Positions 1 to 8,539 of a stretch of DNA of 45,284 nucleotides are shown in pieces; the first letter of the stretch is position 1, and each line of letters opens with the position of its first letter. A program made the translations under genes and the position numbers. Under the pieces are notes generated by a model, which did not search any database, was not told the DNA's origin, and saw nothing but the letters and a program-made list of their open reading frames with translations. Origin of the DNA: Candidatus Micrarchaeota archaeon (GTDB taxonomy: Archaea; Micrarchaeota; Micrarchaeia; Burarchaeales; Fermentimicrarchaeaceae); the NCBI GenBank assembly GCA_026396455.1, contig JAPLWT010000030.1, positions 1 to 45,284 on the forward strand, in the 5' to 3' direction.

Positions 1-40
1 AAGTAAAGGGGGTGGTTGAACGGTAAAGGTTAAGGAGATA

Positions 41-460
41 ATGCATGGGATAACTTTAGTGAATCAAGAGGCAACAATATTGGAAATTGCAAAGCTTATG
101 GAGAGAAAAGGGATAGGTTCTGTTTTGGTTGAGACTAGGAATGGAGTTAATGGAATTTTAACGGAGAGGGACATTTTAAAGAAAGTTGTTGCCAGTGGCT
201 TGGATCCGTCAGTTGCAAAAGCGAAGCAGGCAATGACAAAAATGATCAAAACAATAGGCAATGAAGCCGATGTCTTTGAGGCTAATGAGCTATTCAATAA
301 GTATGATATAAGGAGATTGCCTGTCACAGACTCAAAAGGGAAAATTATTGGCATAATAACGACACGAGATGTTACAAAAATCTTACCATATGCATTCCGC
401 AAACTGATAAGGGATGATGATTACAGGGGGGCGGTAGTCTTCTCAAAAAAAGATGATTAG
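41..460 (+). CDS. CBS-domain pair protein
   Basis: 139 aa with two tandem CBS-like units (GILTERDILKKV; IGIITTRDVTKIL). GGAG lies 6 nt before the ATG. Confidence 0.8.
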   Translation: MHGITLVNQEATILEIAKLMERKGIGSVLVETRNGVNGILTERDILKKVVASGLDPSVAKAKQAMTKMIKTIGNEADVFEANELFNKYDIRRLPVTDSKGKIIGIITTRDVTKILPYAFRKLIRDDDYRGAVVFSKKDD

Positions 461-502
461 TGCAGGAAAGTTATTTTTAATCCTTGTATACAAAATTAGG
501 TT

Positions 503-814
503 ATGGAGTGCAGCCACTGCCACAAGGTTTCAAACGAGCTGCCTTACAGATGCAAGTTCTGCGGGGGCACCTTCTGCTCAGACCACAGGTTGCCTGAGAA
601 CCACGATTGCGTAGGGCTGGAGAGCTACAAGGATAACAAGCATGAGGAGTTCAAGGGAGATGTGGTTAAGGCGGCGAAAGAATATGACGCAAAAGTCAAG
701 GCATACGAGAGAAGAGGGTTGGATACAAGGACAGTCGCAATGTGGATAGTAATTGTTGTGATACTGGCGTTCCTAGCTTATTATGTACTGAAATTGATGA
801 AGTTTTTGCCCTGA
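503..814 (+). CDS. AN1-type zinc finger protein with C-terminal transmembrane anchor
   Basis: Exact AN1 spacing C-x2-C-x10-C-x2-C-x4-C-x2-H-x5-H-x-C (CSHC..CKFC..CSDH..HDC). One hydrophobic helix (VAMWIVIVVILAFLAYYVL) near the C-terminus. Confidence 0.75.
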   Translation: MECSHCHKVSNELPYRCKFCGGTFCSDHRLPENHDCVGLESYKDNKHEEFKGDVVKAAKEYDAKVKAYERRGLDTRTVAMWIVIVVILAFLAYYVLKLMKFLP

Positions 815-966
815 GCGGGCTTTGCACACAAATCCCCCCTAAATGATGCTTGCGTCGGGTTTCATGTGCAGGTTCGGGAATAAATGTGCAGACCCTATTT
901 TATGTGCAAAGCCCCCTGAGCGGATAGGAATATAAATCAAAAACGTCAAAAGTAAAGCGGATAGGA
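811..966. promoter_or_regulatory. repeat-rich intergenic region with candidate operator array and TATA box upstream of the 966 gene
   Basis: 12-bp inverted repeat GGGCTTTGCACA (817-828) / TGTGCAAAGCCC (903-914). ATGTGCA at 864, 884 and 902. CTGAGCGG at 811 and 916. GCGGATAGGA at 920 and 957, flanking TATAAAT (931-937). Confidence 0.4.
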
Positions 967-1781
967 TGGTCAGACAAAAAAAGGAGAGAGTAAACAGGGA
1001 CTTGAGCTATCAAGATATCGTTGACAGGCTTGCTGAAGGCGACGATGTAAGCTTTGAGAGGATAGGAGACACCATAATAATGCGGAGGGATGAGGCTCCG
1101 GTGAGGAAAGTTATGGAGGAGCCAAAAATATACGAGGAGCCCAAGGAAAGTGACGATACTGAGGAAAGGCTCAGCCTGGTCAAGAGGGAGATAGAGAAGA
1201 AGAAACCAAGAAGGGTTTCAAGAGAGGATTACGCGGATCTGGAGGAGGCTTTCGTGAGATTGGAGAGGAGGCTCGATTCATTGGACAAGGAGCTGAGGGG
1301 GCTGAGGGTGGAGCTCGGCTATCTGAGGGGGGTCATGCTCGATAGGCTTAGGGAGATGGCAAGCGAGGAGCCTGCCGCAGAGAGGATTGAACAACTCCAG
1401 GTGGAGGAGGTTGCTGTAGGGAGGGAGAACAAGCAGCTTCAGCTTGTGCAGGAGGACATTCCCGAGGTAACATTCGATGAAGAGAGGGGCGGAAGTAGGC
1501 TGGGTTTCATAACGAGCACGCTTTCCAACATATACAACTCATTCTTCCTCGGTGCAGACGAGAAGGAGAAGGATTCATACAAAGAGTTCCAGAAAAAGCT
1601 CTTCCTTCTTGTCAGGACGCAGCCGAGAAGCTTGGATGAGATTGCTTATAACACAGAGGAGAATAAGGCAAACTGCCTTATATGGCTGACAAGAATGGTT
1701 GACGAGGGGCTTCTGGAGGAGGCAGTCAAGGATACTGGAGGGAAGAAGGTGTATAGGATAGTCTGGGAAAAAGTCCTTTAA
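966..1781 (+). CDS. hypothetical E/R-rich coiled-coil protein with C-terminal winged-helix-like domain
   Basis: 271-aa ORF. Heptad-like central segment (LEEAFVRLERRLDSLDKELRGLRVELGYLRG). C-terminal segment SLDEIAYNT..CLIWLTRMVDEGLLEE..KVYRIVW resembles a wHTH. No family recognised. Confidence 0.6.
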   Translation: MVRQKKERVNRDLSYQDIVDRLAEGDDVSFERIGDTIIMRRDEAPVRKVMEEPKIYEEPKESDDTEERLSLVKREIEKKKPRRVSREDYADLEEAFVRLERRLDSLDKELRGLRVELGYLRGVMLDRLREMASEEPAAERIEQLQVEEVAVGRENKQLQLVQEDIPEVTFDEERGGSRLGFITSTLSNIYNSFFLGADEKEKDSYKEFQKKLFLLVRTQPRSLDEIAYNTEENKANCLIWLTRMVDEGLLEEAVKDTGGKKVYRIVWEKVL

Positions 1782-1798
1782 ATCCACTTGCTACCATA

Positions 1799-1942
1799 CT
1801 AAACTGACACAAGCCAGCCGTCCTTGTCAAGCTTGAACCTGTGTGCTTGGTTTCTTTTGCAGACAAACTCCCCGGAGTTCTCTTCCTTCAGCTCGGTTGC
1901 TATTGAACTTTCCATGTTGCACTTTGGGCAGATCTTCGCCAT
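1799..1942 (-). CDS. small zinc-ribbon protein (47 aa), absent from the ORF track
   Basis: Hand translation gives MAKICPKCNMESSIATELKEENSGEFVCKRNQAHRFKLDKDGWLVSV. It has CPKC plus C-x5-H ligands. GGGGGTGAGATA sits immediately upstream of the ATG (strong SD) and the ORF ends in TAG at 1799-1801. Confidence 0.5.
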   Translation of the reverse strand: MAKICPKCNMESSIATELKEENSGEFVCKRNQAHRFKLDKDGWLVSV

Positions 1943-2050
1943 TATCTCACCCCCTTCTTTAGAAGTAGAAGCTATCAGCCCTAAGGCAGTTCGGCGTCAA
2001 GCCAGGCTAGCTTCATAGCCCAGTATTTAATGCAAACTTCATTTAAATAT

Positions 2051-2071
2051 TTATAGCTAGAACAGCTATAA
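2051..2071 (-). terminator. hairpin just downstream of the enolase stop
   Basis: TTATAGCT-AGAAC-AGCTATAA (8-bp stem, 5-nt loop), 11 nt past the eno stop and followed by A/T-rich sequence. It may instead be part of the promoter of the small zinc-ribbon ORF. Confidence 0.3.
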
Positions 2072-2081
2072 GAATGGTGAA

Positions 2082-3362
2082 TCAGCCCCTTATCCTTTCC
2101 CCAAGAAACTTGGCTTTGTTTCCAAGCTCTTCCTCAATTCTAATCAACTGGTTGTATTTTGCATTCCTGTCGCTTCTTGCTGGCGCGCCAGTTTTTATCT
2201 GTCCCGCGTTGGTCCCCACGGCTAAGTCGGCTATAAAGCTGTCCTCCGTCTCGCCGCTTCTGTGACTCACTACGGCAGTCCAGCCATGCTCGTGGGCCAT
2301 TTTCACGGCATTCAACGTCTCTGTCACGGAGCCGACCTGGTTAGGCTTTATCAGAACGGAATTGGCGCATCCAAGCTGGATGCCTTTCTTTATCCTCGCG
2401 GTGTTTGTAACGAATATATCGTCTCCCACAATTTGTATTTTGTCTCCGAGCTTTCTTGTCATCTCGACCCAAGACTCCCAGTCATCTTCCGCGTGGCCGT
2501 CTTCAATGCTCACTATGGGGTAGGTGCTGCACAAGTCAGCATAGAAATCGACAAGCTCCACTCCGCTATAAGATTTTTTTCCAATCGTATAGACGCCTTC
2601 ATGGAAAAACTCGCTTGATGCGGGGTCAAGCGCAATCTTTATCTTTCCCTCGTAGCCTGCGTTTGCCACTGCCCTGAGCATCAGTTCCAATCTTTCACTG
2701 ACGTCTTCAATCTGCGATGGGGCGAAACCCCCCTCGTCCCCTATCAGCGTTGCCCCGGCACCGTATTTTTTCTTAAGCAGGCTGGCGAGATGATGATAGC
2801 TTTCTGAGACCATCCGTATCCCTTCAAGGAAATTCTTTGCCCCGACAGGCATGAGCATATGCTCCTGCACGGAATTTTCTTGGCCTGCGTGCTTCCCACC
2901 GTTGATGACATTGCACATGGGTACTGGAATCGTGTTTGCTTTTACTCCAAACAATTCTCCGATATACTGGTATAACGGAATGCCTTTTGCCGCGGCTCCT
3001 GCCCTTGCAGCTGCCATTGAAACTGGAAGTATCGCATTTGCCCCGAGCTTGCTCTTGTTTGGAGTGCCGTCGAGCCCAAGCAGAACATTATCTATCTCCT
3101 TTTGCAGCGTGCAGTCCATGCCGACAACTTTCGGGGCGATTATGCGGTTGATATTGGAAACTGCCTTCAGGGTGCCTTTCCCGAGGTATCTCTTGCTGTC
3201 CCCATCCCTTAGCTCAAGAGCCTCGTGCTGGCCTGCACTTGCTCCGCTGGGAACCATGCTCCTGAAGAGCCCGTTTTCCGTCGCCAAATCCACCTCGACC
3301 GTCGGGTTTCCCCTTGAGTCCAAAACTTCCCTGGCTTTTATCTGCTTTATCTCAGGTTTCAC
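2082..3362 (-). CDS. eno: enolase (phosphopyruvate hydratase)
   Basis: SRGNPTVEVDL, SHRSGETED and IKPNQVGSVTE motifs in 426 aa. GTG start follows GGGGTGA. Confidence 0.97.
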   Translation of the reverse strand: MKPEIKQIKAREVLDSRGNPTVEVDLATENGLFRSMVPSGASAGQHEALELRDGDSKRYLGKGTLKAVSNINRIIAPKVVGMDCTLQKEIDNVLLGLDGTPNKSKLGANAILPVSMAAARAGAAAKGIPLYQYIGELFGVKANTIPVPMCNVINGGKHAGQENSVQEHMLMPVGAKNFLEGIRMVSESYHHLASLLKKKYGAGATLIGDEGGFAPSQIEDVSERLELMLRAVANAGYEGKIKIALDPASSEFFHEGVYTIGKKSYSGVELVDFYADLCSTYPIVSIEDGHAEDDWESWVEMTRKLGDKIQIVGDDIFVTNTARIKKGIQLGCANSVLIKPNQVGSVTETLNAVKMAHEHGWTAVVSHRSGETEDSFIADLAVGTNAGQIKTGAPARSDRNAKYNQLIRIEEELGNKAKFLGERIRG

Positions 3363-3366
3363 CTGC

Positions 3367-3690
3367 TCACCCCTGAAGCTTCATTATAGCTTCTGCAATG
3401 TCGCCTTTGCATTCGTCAAGGGCTTGCTCAACCCTCTCCCTTGACGCTCCTGTCTTCTCCATCACGAGCTTTACGTCATCCTCTTTCATTGCATTCTTTT
3501 CCTCAACCTTCCCGACGATTTGGAAGCTCCTCTGCCCCTGCATTGTTATCTCCACAACCTGCGGCTCTGTTATTATCAACTGACCGTCTTCCTTTTCTAT
3601 TATCACTCTTTCTGCCTTTATCTCCTTGTTCTTTATGCCCATCTGCTCCATCATTCGCTGCATCTGCTTTGGGTTCATTCCCTGAAACAT
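3367..3690 (-). CDS. nac: nascent polypeptide-associated complex protein (archaeal NAC)
   Basis: 107 aa. NAC domain (KAERVIIEKEDGQLIITEPQVVEITMQGQRSFQIVG) plus a UBA-like C-terminus (EQALDECKGDIAEAIMKL). Confidence 0.9.
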   Translation of the reverse strand: MFQGMNPKQMQRMMEQMGIKNKEIKAERVIIEKEDGQLIITEPQVVEITMQGQRSFQIVGKVEEKNAMKEDDVKLVMEKTGASRERVEQALDECKGDIAEAIMKLQG

Positions 3691-3769
3691 ATCACCACTC
3701 CTAGAGAATATTTTAGTTGCGCATTTTATAAACTCTACCCCTGCGTGAAGAATTCAAATGAATGAGCGC

Positions 3770-4354
3770 TTAGGAAGAGAGGCTTTCAGACAACTCGGTC
3801 TTCTTTACCTCAATTCTCTTTAGCGGGCACAGCTTCTTTATTCTGTTGAATAGAGTTGCTGAGAACTTTCCAAATATTATTTCCTGGATAGTTTGCTGGA
3901 AATCCATGTCTTTCACTCTTGCCAAAACCTCGTCCTTTACCGCATTTCTCAGCGCTGTTTTCAGAGGAGAACTGACTCTCTTGGCGGTGAAAAGGGATAC
4001 CTGTATCCTGATCTTGGCCCCATCTTTTGTGGTGACATCAACGACCTCGTTTATCACATTCCTTCTCCTTCTCACAAGCGTTCTCAGGTAGCCTGCTGAA
4101 ATCTCGTGGCCTACGAGCTTTGTGTAGGCTGTTTTTCCCTTCACTTCAATTATCCTGAACTGCAGGTTGACGTAGGACTGGCTCATATCGCCTGTCAACT
4201 CGGTGAGGCTCACCTTGACGATCCTGTTGATTAGGTTGGCATCCTCAGTGGCAGGTATCTGGCCCAACTCCCTGCTATCGAACATCTGCGGAGCGAGCAC
4301 AGTATACCATATCTTGCTCTTCCAAGTATCAACAACCTTCTCTTTAGCCATCAC
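3770..4354 (-). CDS. rps3ae: 30S ribosomal protein S3Ae (eS1)
   Basis: N-terminal KVVDTWKSKIWYTVLAP, typical length and r-protein context. Confidence 0.93.
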   Translation of the reverse strand: MMAKEKVVDTWKSKIWYTVLAPQMFDSRELGQIPATEDANLINRIVKVSLTELTGDMSQSYVNLQFRIIEVKGKTAYTKLVGHEISAGYLRTLVRRRRNVINEVVDVTTKDGAKIRIQVSLFTAKRVSSPLKTALRNAVKDEVLARVKDMDFQQTIQEIIFGKFSATLFNRIKKLCPLKRIEVKKTELSESLSS

Positions 4355-4355
4355 A

Positions 4356-4811
4356 TTACCTCACAAGCAGAGCCGCCTGCTCTGGATCGTACTTCCAGTT
4401 CTTTGGAATCATCTCTGCTTCTCTGTAGTATTTCACAAGCCTCTTTATCTTTGATTCAACATGAATGAGCTTTGTCTTATTGTGAACATCACCCTTGTGA
4501 GTCTTGAGATGTTCCCTCATGTTCACTGCTTTCTTTATTAGATTCATCAAGTCATCAGGGTAAGCCGGGGTGAGGTTCTGCGATTGCAGGATTTTCTTTA
4601 TAGATTTGCCGGTCACGGATTCAACAGTCGGAACACCGTACTGGTCCCTCAGCCTCTGCCCAATAAGCGCAGCCGAGATGCCCTCCTTGTGCATCTTGAT
4701 GACCAGCGCTTCCACTTCCTGGGAGCTAAGCTCGATCCACTCCGGAGCTATTTTCACTGCTGGCCTTTTTGAGCCGGATTTGCCCTTCTTTCTTGAATGC
4801 ATCCTTGCCAT
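4356..4811 (-). CDS. rps15: 30S ribosomal protein S15 (uS15, S13e-type)
   Basis: MARMHSRKKGKSGSKRP N-terminus. I moved the start to the internal ATG at 4811, 6 nt after the upstream stop. The track ORF extends to 4832. Confidence 0.92.
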   Translation of the reverse strand: MARMHSRKKGKSGSKRPAVKIAPEWIELSSQEVEALVIKMHKEGISAALIGQRLRDQYGVPTVESVTGKSIKKILQSQNLTPAYPDDLMNLIKKAVNMREHLKTHKGDVHNKTKLIHVESKIKRLVKYYREAEMIPKNWKYDPEQAALLVR

Positions 4812-4816
4812 AAACA

Positions 4817-5362
4817 TCATCTCCTCAGCCACTTCGCCAATTTCTCAAGCGCACGCCTCCTGTGCGAGCACATCATTTTCGTTTTATTGTCCTCGGCAAA
4901 CGTTTTCCTTGAACCTTCAGGGATGAATATTGGGTCGTAGCCGAAGCCTTTCTCTTTTGAAGCTTTATTCGAAATATAACCCTTCACTTCTCCTTTCAGA
5001 ACCGCCTCCCCCTTCCCATCCCACACGGCAATTGACGAGACGAAGCAAGCATCTCTCACTTCCTTCCCTCTCATCAGCTCCAGGATGCCCTCATTTCCAA
5101 TCTTCTTGAAAACCCAGGAGGAGAACGTCCCTGGAAATCCATTCAGGGCTTTGATGAACAGACCGGAATCCTCAATGAAGAAAGGTTCGTTCACCTCGCT
5201 GCGCAGTTGCCTGAGACAGTCCAAGGCAACATCCTCGCAGTTCTCAGCCCTTGTTTCTTCGCATTCAACATCTTTGCGCCCTATAATTACGTTATATTCT
5301 TTTAAAATCCTTTCGGCTTCCCTGAATTTGTGTTTGCTTCCGGTTATGAAAAACAATTTCAT
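4817..5362 (-). CDS. non-canonical purine NTP pyrophosphatase (HAM1/RdgB/ITPase family)
   Basis: FITGSKHKFRE N-terminus, FIEDSGL and GFGYDPIF motifs in 181 aa. Confidence 0.85.
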   Translation of the reverse strand: MKLFFITGSKHKFREAERILKEYNVIIGRKDVECEETRAENCEDVALDCLRQLRSEVNEPFFIEDSGLFIKALNGFPGTFSSWVFKKIGNEGILELMRGKEVRDACFVSSIAVWDGKGEAVLKGEVKGYISNKASKEKGFGYDPIFIPEGSRKTFAEDNKTKMMCSHRRRALEKLAKWLRR

Positions 5363-5431
5363 GAAATCCCTGTTGCAATATTAAACTCCTGAACGACTTA
5401 TTTATATTGTTGGTAAGGTATAAAAATAAAC

Positions 5432-6163
5432 ATGGCAGTAACCACGAAAGGCTGGGAGGACAAGGGGGCAGTGGAGAAATTTACAACTAGAAGTCAGGAG
5501 CCGGATTTCTGGTCAGGGGTAGAGCCTTTTATACAGAAGGTGCTTATTCCATTATATAACACCGGAAAAAACGAAAGAAGAGAATTTAATAGAGCATTAG
5601 ATGCTGGTGCGGGCTGGGGCAGGCATTCCTTCTATCTTCTGCGGAAGATTTCCAAGGAAGTTGTCGCCCTTGAGCCTTCTGAGGAATTCGTGAAGAGAAT
5701 GAGGGAAATTGATAAGAAGGAGTACGGAGGAGGGTCGATTGAGATTATCAAGGGCGGGTTACCCAAAACATCTTTTAAGAATGGCGAGTTCAATTTGATT
5801 GTTTGCTGGGATGTTCTTGCCCATGGAACGATGGATAAGATTAAGGATTCCGCAGAAGAGCTGAAGCGCCTGCTCGCTCCCGGAGGAGTTTTAGTTTTGG
5901 GAACATTGTCAACAAACCACAAGAATTTTAAAATTGCAAGAAAGAAAGGGAAGGAGATTGAGAAAGGAACATTCGTTGGCGGATTTGAAGGAGAATGGGG
6001 AGGTACCCATCACTATTTCACAAGAGAGGAGCTGGAGGAACTTTTTAAAGGGCTTCGGATAGTGAGGCTTGAGGAAGAAATAAGAGAGACTGGCTACAAC
6101 AAGGGTGGGATACATTGGGCCATGTATGCCGAGAAGCCACTAAAACCAAAAGCACTATCTTGA
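5432..6163 (+). CDS. class I SAM-dependent methyltransferase
   Basis: Motif I LDAGAGWGRHS followed by an acidic residue at the beta2 end (VVALEPS). Rossmann-like layout. Substrate unknown. Confidence 0.7.
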   Translation: MAVTTKGWEDKGAVEKFTTRSQEPDFWSGVEPFIQKVLIPLYNTGKNERREFNRALDAGAGWGRHSFYLLRKISKEVVALEPSEEFVKRMREIDKKEYGGGSIEIIKGGLPKTSFKNGEFNLIVCWDVLAHGTMDKIKDSAEELKRLLAPGGVLVLGTLSTNHKNFKIARKKGKEIEKGTFVGGFEGEWGGTHHYFTREELEELFKGLRIVRLEEEIRETGYNKGGIHWAMYAEKPLKPKALS

Positions 6164-6168
6164 ATAGC

Positions 6169-8538
6169 TCATTTCGTGAGTTCAACTTTGAATTCCCCTT
6201 TTGAGATTTCTATTTTCTTAATCCTTCCTGCTGCTTCTATCTCCTCCTTAACAGAGTCTAGCTGTTCCGGCTTCTCCACACTTATTTTTGCTGATGAAAG
6301 TTCTGTATTAAGCGAGAGTTTCTGGCTCATCTTGAATTTCCTTATCTCACTCAGAACTTTGTTGAGGAGCATGACATTCTGCTCGCTCTCCTCATCAATC
6401 ATCTTTTTGTCCCCCTTGGGCCAGCTTTCTGCATGTATGCTTTCCTCCTTCGGGAAGAGCTGCTGGTAAAGCTCATCAGTCGTATAGGCGGCAAAGGGGG
6501 CTGTGAGCTTTAGGGAGGTCAACAGCACTGTTTTCAATGTGGACTGGGTAGCCCTCCTGCTTTCCATTCCGTATTTGTCAGGCTGGTAGAGCCTGTGCTT
6601 CACTTCCTCCAGGTAATAATCGCAGAACTCGTGCCAGAAGAACTCCGTGAGGGTGGTTATTGCGGTATAGAAATCGTAATTCTCCAGTGCATTTGTGCAT
6701 GTCTCCACAACCTTGTTCAGCCTGCTCAGAATCCATCTGTCGGTCACTCTGAGCTTCTGCTTGCCCCCATTAGATTCCTTGAGGGAGGATTCAATGAACT
6801 TCGAGGCGTTCCACAGCTTATTCAAGAAGGAGTGCGCGTAGTTCACATCCTTCCAGTAGAAGACATTGTCCTTGCCAGTGCTCCCGGAAAGGGCAGCCCA
6901 CATCCTGAGGGAATCGACTGAGGATTTCTTTATCACATCCTTTGCTTCCACATAATTGCCCAGGCTCTTGCTCATCTTCTTTCCATCAGAGCCGCACACC
7001 ATCCCGTTGATGAGCACATCCCTGAAGCAGGGTTTGCCGGTAAGCATGAGGCAGCGGTATATCGTATAGAAAGCCCAGGTGCGGATTATGTCAGTGCCCT
7101 GCGGCCTCACTGATGACGGGTACAGCACGGTGAATTTCTTCTCGTCATCGGGCCAGCCCGCTATTACGAGCGGTGTTATGCTGGAATCCACCCACCCGTC
7201 GCATATGCTTGTCTCCCCAATGAGCTTTCCCTCGCATTTTGGGCAGTTCTCTATAGGAGGCTTGTCCTTTGTGGGGTCAACAGGAAGATTGGAGTATCCC
7301 GGCGCTATGACGCAGTCGCATTTCTCGCAGTACCAGAATGGGATTGGAATGCCGAAAACCCTCTGCCTTGAGAAGCACCAGTCCCACTCCAAACCGCTGC
7401 ACCAGTCAATCAGAAGTTGAATTGAATGGGAGGGCACCCAGCGCATCTCATTCGCAGCCTTCATTATTTCCTCCTCATGCCCCTTGAGCTTCATGAACCA
7501 CTGGGCGGAGTTCAGGAATTCCGCCGGTCTCTTGCACCTGTCGTGTATCTTCACCATCTGCTTTAGCTTCTCCTTCTTCGTTATGAGCTTGAGCAGGTTG
7601 AGCTCCTCAAGTATTTTCTCCCTTGCCGCCTCTGCTTTCAAGCCTGTGAATTTGCCTGCGTTGAGCAGTTTTCCTCTCTCATCCATTGCCTCAATGACAG
7701 GGAGGTTGTGTCTGTATGACCATGTCACATCCTGTTTGTCACCGAATGTGCACACCATCACTATGCCGGTCCCGAAACTGGGGTCCACCTCGGAGTCGGG
7801 GATGATTTTAACCTCCCTGTTGAACAGCGGAACAACAGCGGTTTTTCCATGCAGCTGTTTGTAGCGCCCATCCTCTGGGTTGACCAGCACTGCAACGCAC
7901 GCATGCAGCAACTCCGGTCTGGTGGTTGCAATGACGAGAGGCTTTCCCTCGCATGAGAAGGATATGTAGTTGAGGGTAGTCTCCCTTTCTATTTCGTCTG
8001 TTTCGGCTTTGGCTATTGCGCTTCCGCAGCAGGTGCACCACAGCACCGGATGCTTGGAACGATAGACAAGACCTTTTTCAAACATCTTCAGTATGGAGTA
8101 CTGCACCTTCCGGTGGTACTCCTTGTCAATGGTATAGTACTCCTGCCTCCAGTCTATGGAGAAGCCCATCTCTTTCATCTGCGGCTTCATTGTGCTTATG
8201 ACATCCCTCGTCCACTCCAGACATTTTTCTTTGAACTGCTCCCTCGGAAGCCTCCCGTATTTCTTCTCCACTTTTACCTCTGTTGGGAAACCGTGGCAGT
8301 CCCAGCCCTGGGGGAAGAGGACGTTGTAGCCGCACATCCTCTTGTACCTTGCCACAAAATCCATGTAGCACCAGTTCAGAGTATTCCCGATATGAAACTC
8401 ACCTGTTGGAAAAGGCGGGGGCGTGTCTATGATGAAAACCTTTCTCTTGCTCTTCTCATCGAACTCATGAAGCTTAAGCTCGTCCCACCTCTTTCGCATC
8501 TTCTCCTCGAACTTATGCGGAGTATATTCATCTAGCAT
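6169..8538 (-). CDS. valS: valine--tRNA ligase (class Ia)
   Basis: IDTPPPFPTG-FHIGN, FPQGWDCHGFPTE, editing-domain TTRPELL and GTGIVMVCTFGDKQD, and KMSKS. The pattern matches archaeal ValRS rather than LeuRS or IleRS. Confidence 0.8.
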   Translation of the reverse strand: MLDEYTPHKFEEKMRKRWDELKLHEFDEKSKRKVFIIDTPPPFPTGEFHIGNTLNWCYMDFVARYKRMCGYNVLFPQGWDCHGFPTEVKVEKKYGRLPREQFKEKCLEWTRDVISTMKPQMKEMGFSIDWRQEYYTIDKEYHRKVQYSILKMFEKGLVYRSKHPVLWCTCCGSAIAKAETDEIERETTLNYISFSCEGKPLVIATTRPELLHACVAVLVNPEDGRYKQLHGKTAVVPLFNREVKIIPDSEVDPSFGTGIVMVCTFGDKQDVTWSYRHNLPVIEAMDERGKLLNAGKFTGLKAEAAREKILEELNLLKLITKKEKLKQMVKIHDRCKRPAEFLNSAQWFMKLKGHEEEIMKAANEMRWVPSHSIQLLIDWCSGLEWDWCFSRQRVFGIPIPFWYCEKCDCVIAPGYSNLPVDPTKDKPPIENCPKCEGKLIGETSICDGWVDSSITPLVIAGWPDDEKKFTVLYPSSVRPQGTDIIRTWAFYTIYRCLMLTGKPCFRDVLINGMVCGSDGKKMSKSLGNYVEAKDVIKKSSVDSLRMWAALSGSTGKDNVFYWKDVNYAHSFLNKLWNASKFIESSLKESNGGKQKLRVTDRWILSRLNKVVETCTNALENYDFYTAITTLTEFFWHEFCDYYLEEVKHRLYQPDKYGMESRRATQSTLKTVLLTSLKLTAPFAAYTTDELYQQLFPKEESIHAESWPKGDKKMIDEESEQNVMLLNKVLSEIRKFKMSQKLSLNTELSSAKISVEKPEQLDSVKEEIEAAGRIKKIEISKGEFKVELTK

Positions 8539-8539
8539 A

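Noticed and set aside
843-935. A 30-aa ORF (MMLASGFMCRFGNKCADPILCAKPPERIGI) that spans the ATGTGCA repeats.
   Set aside because: It has no SD, and its composition is dictated by the DNA repeats. A regulatory or RNA role for the repeats is more plausible than coding.
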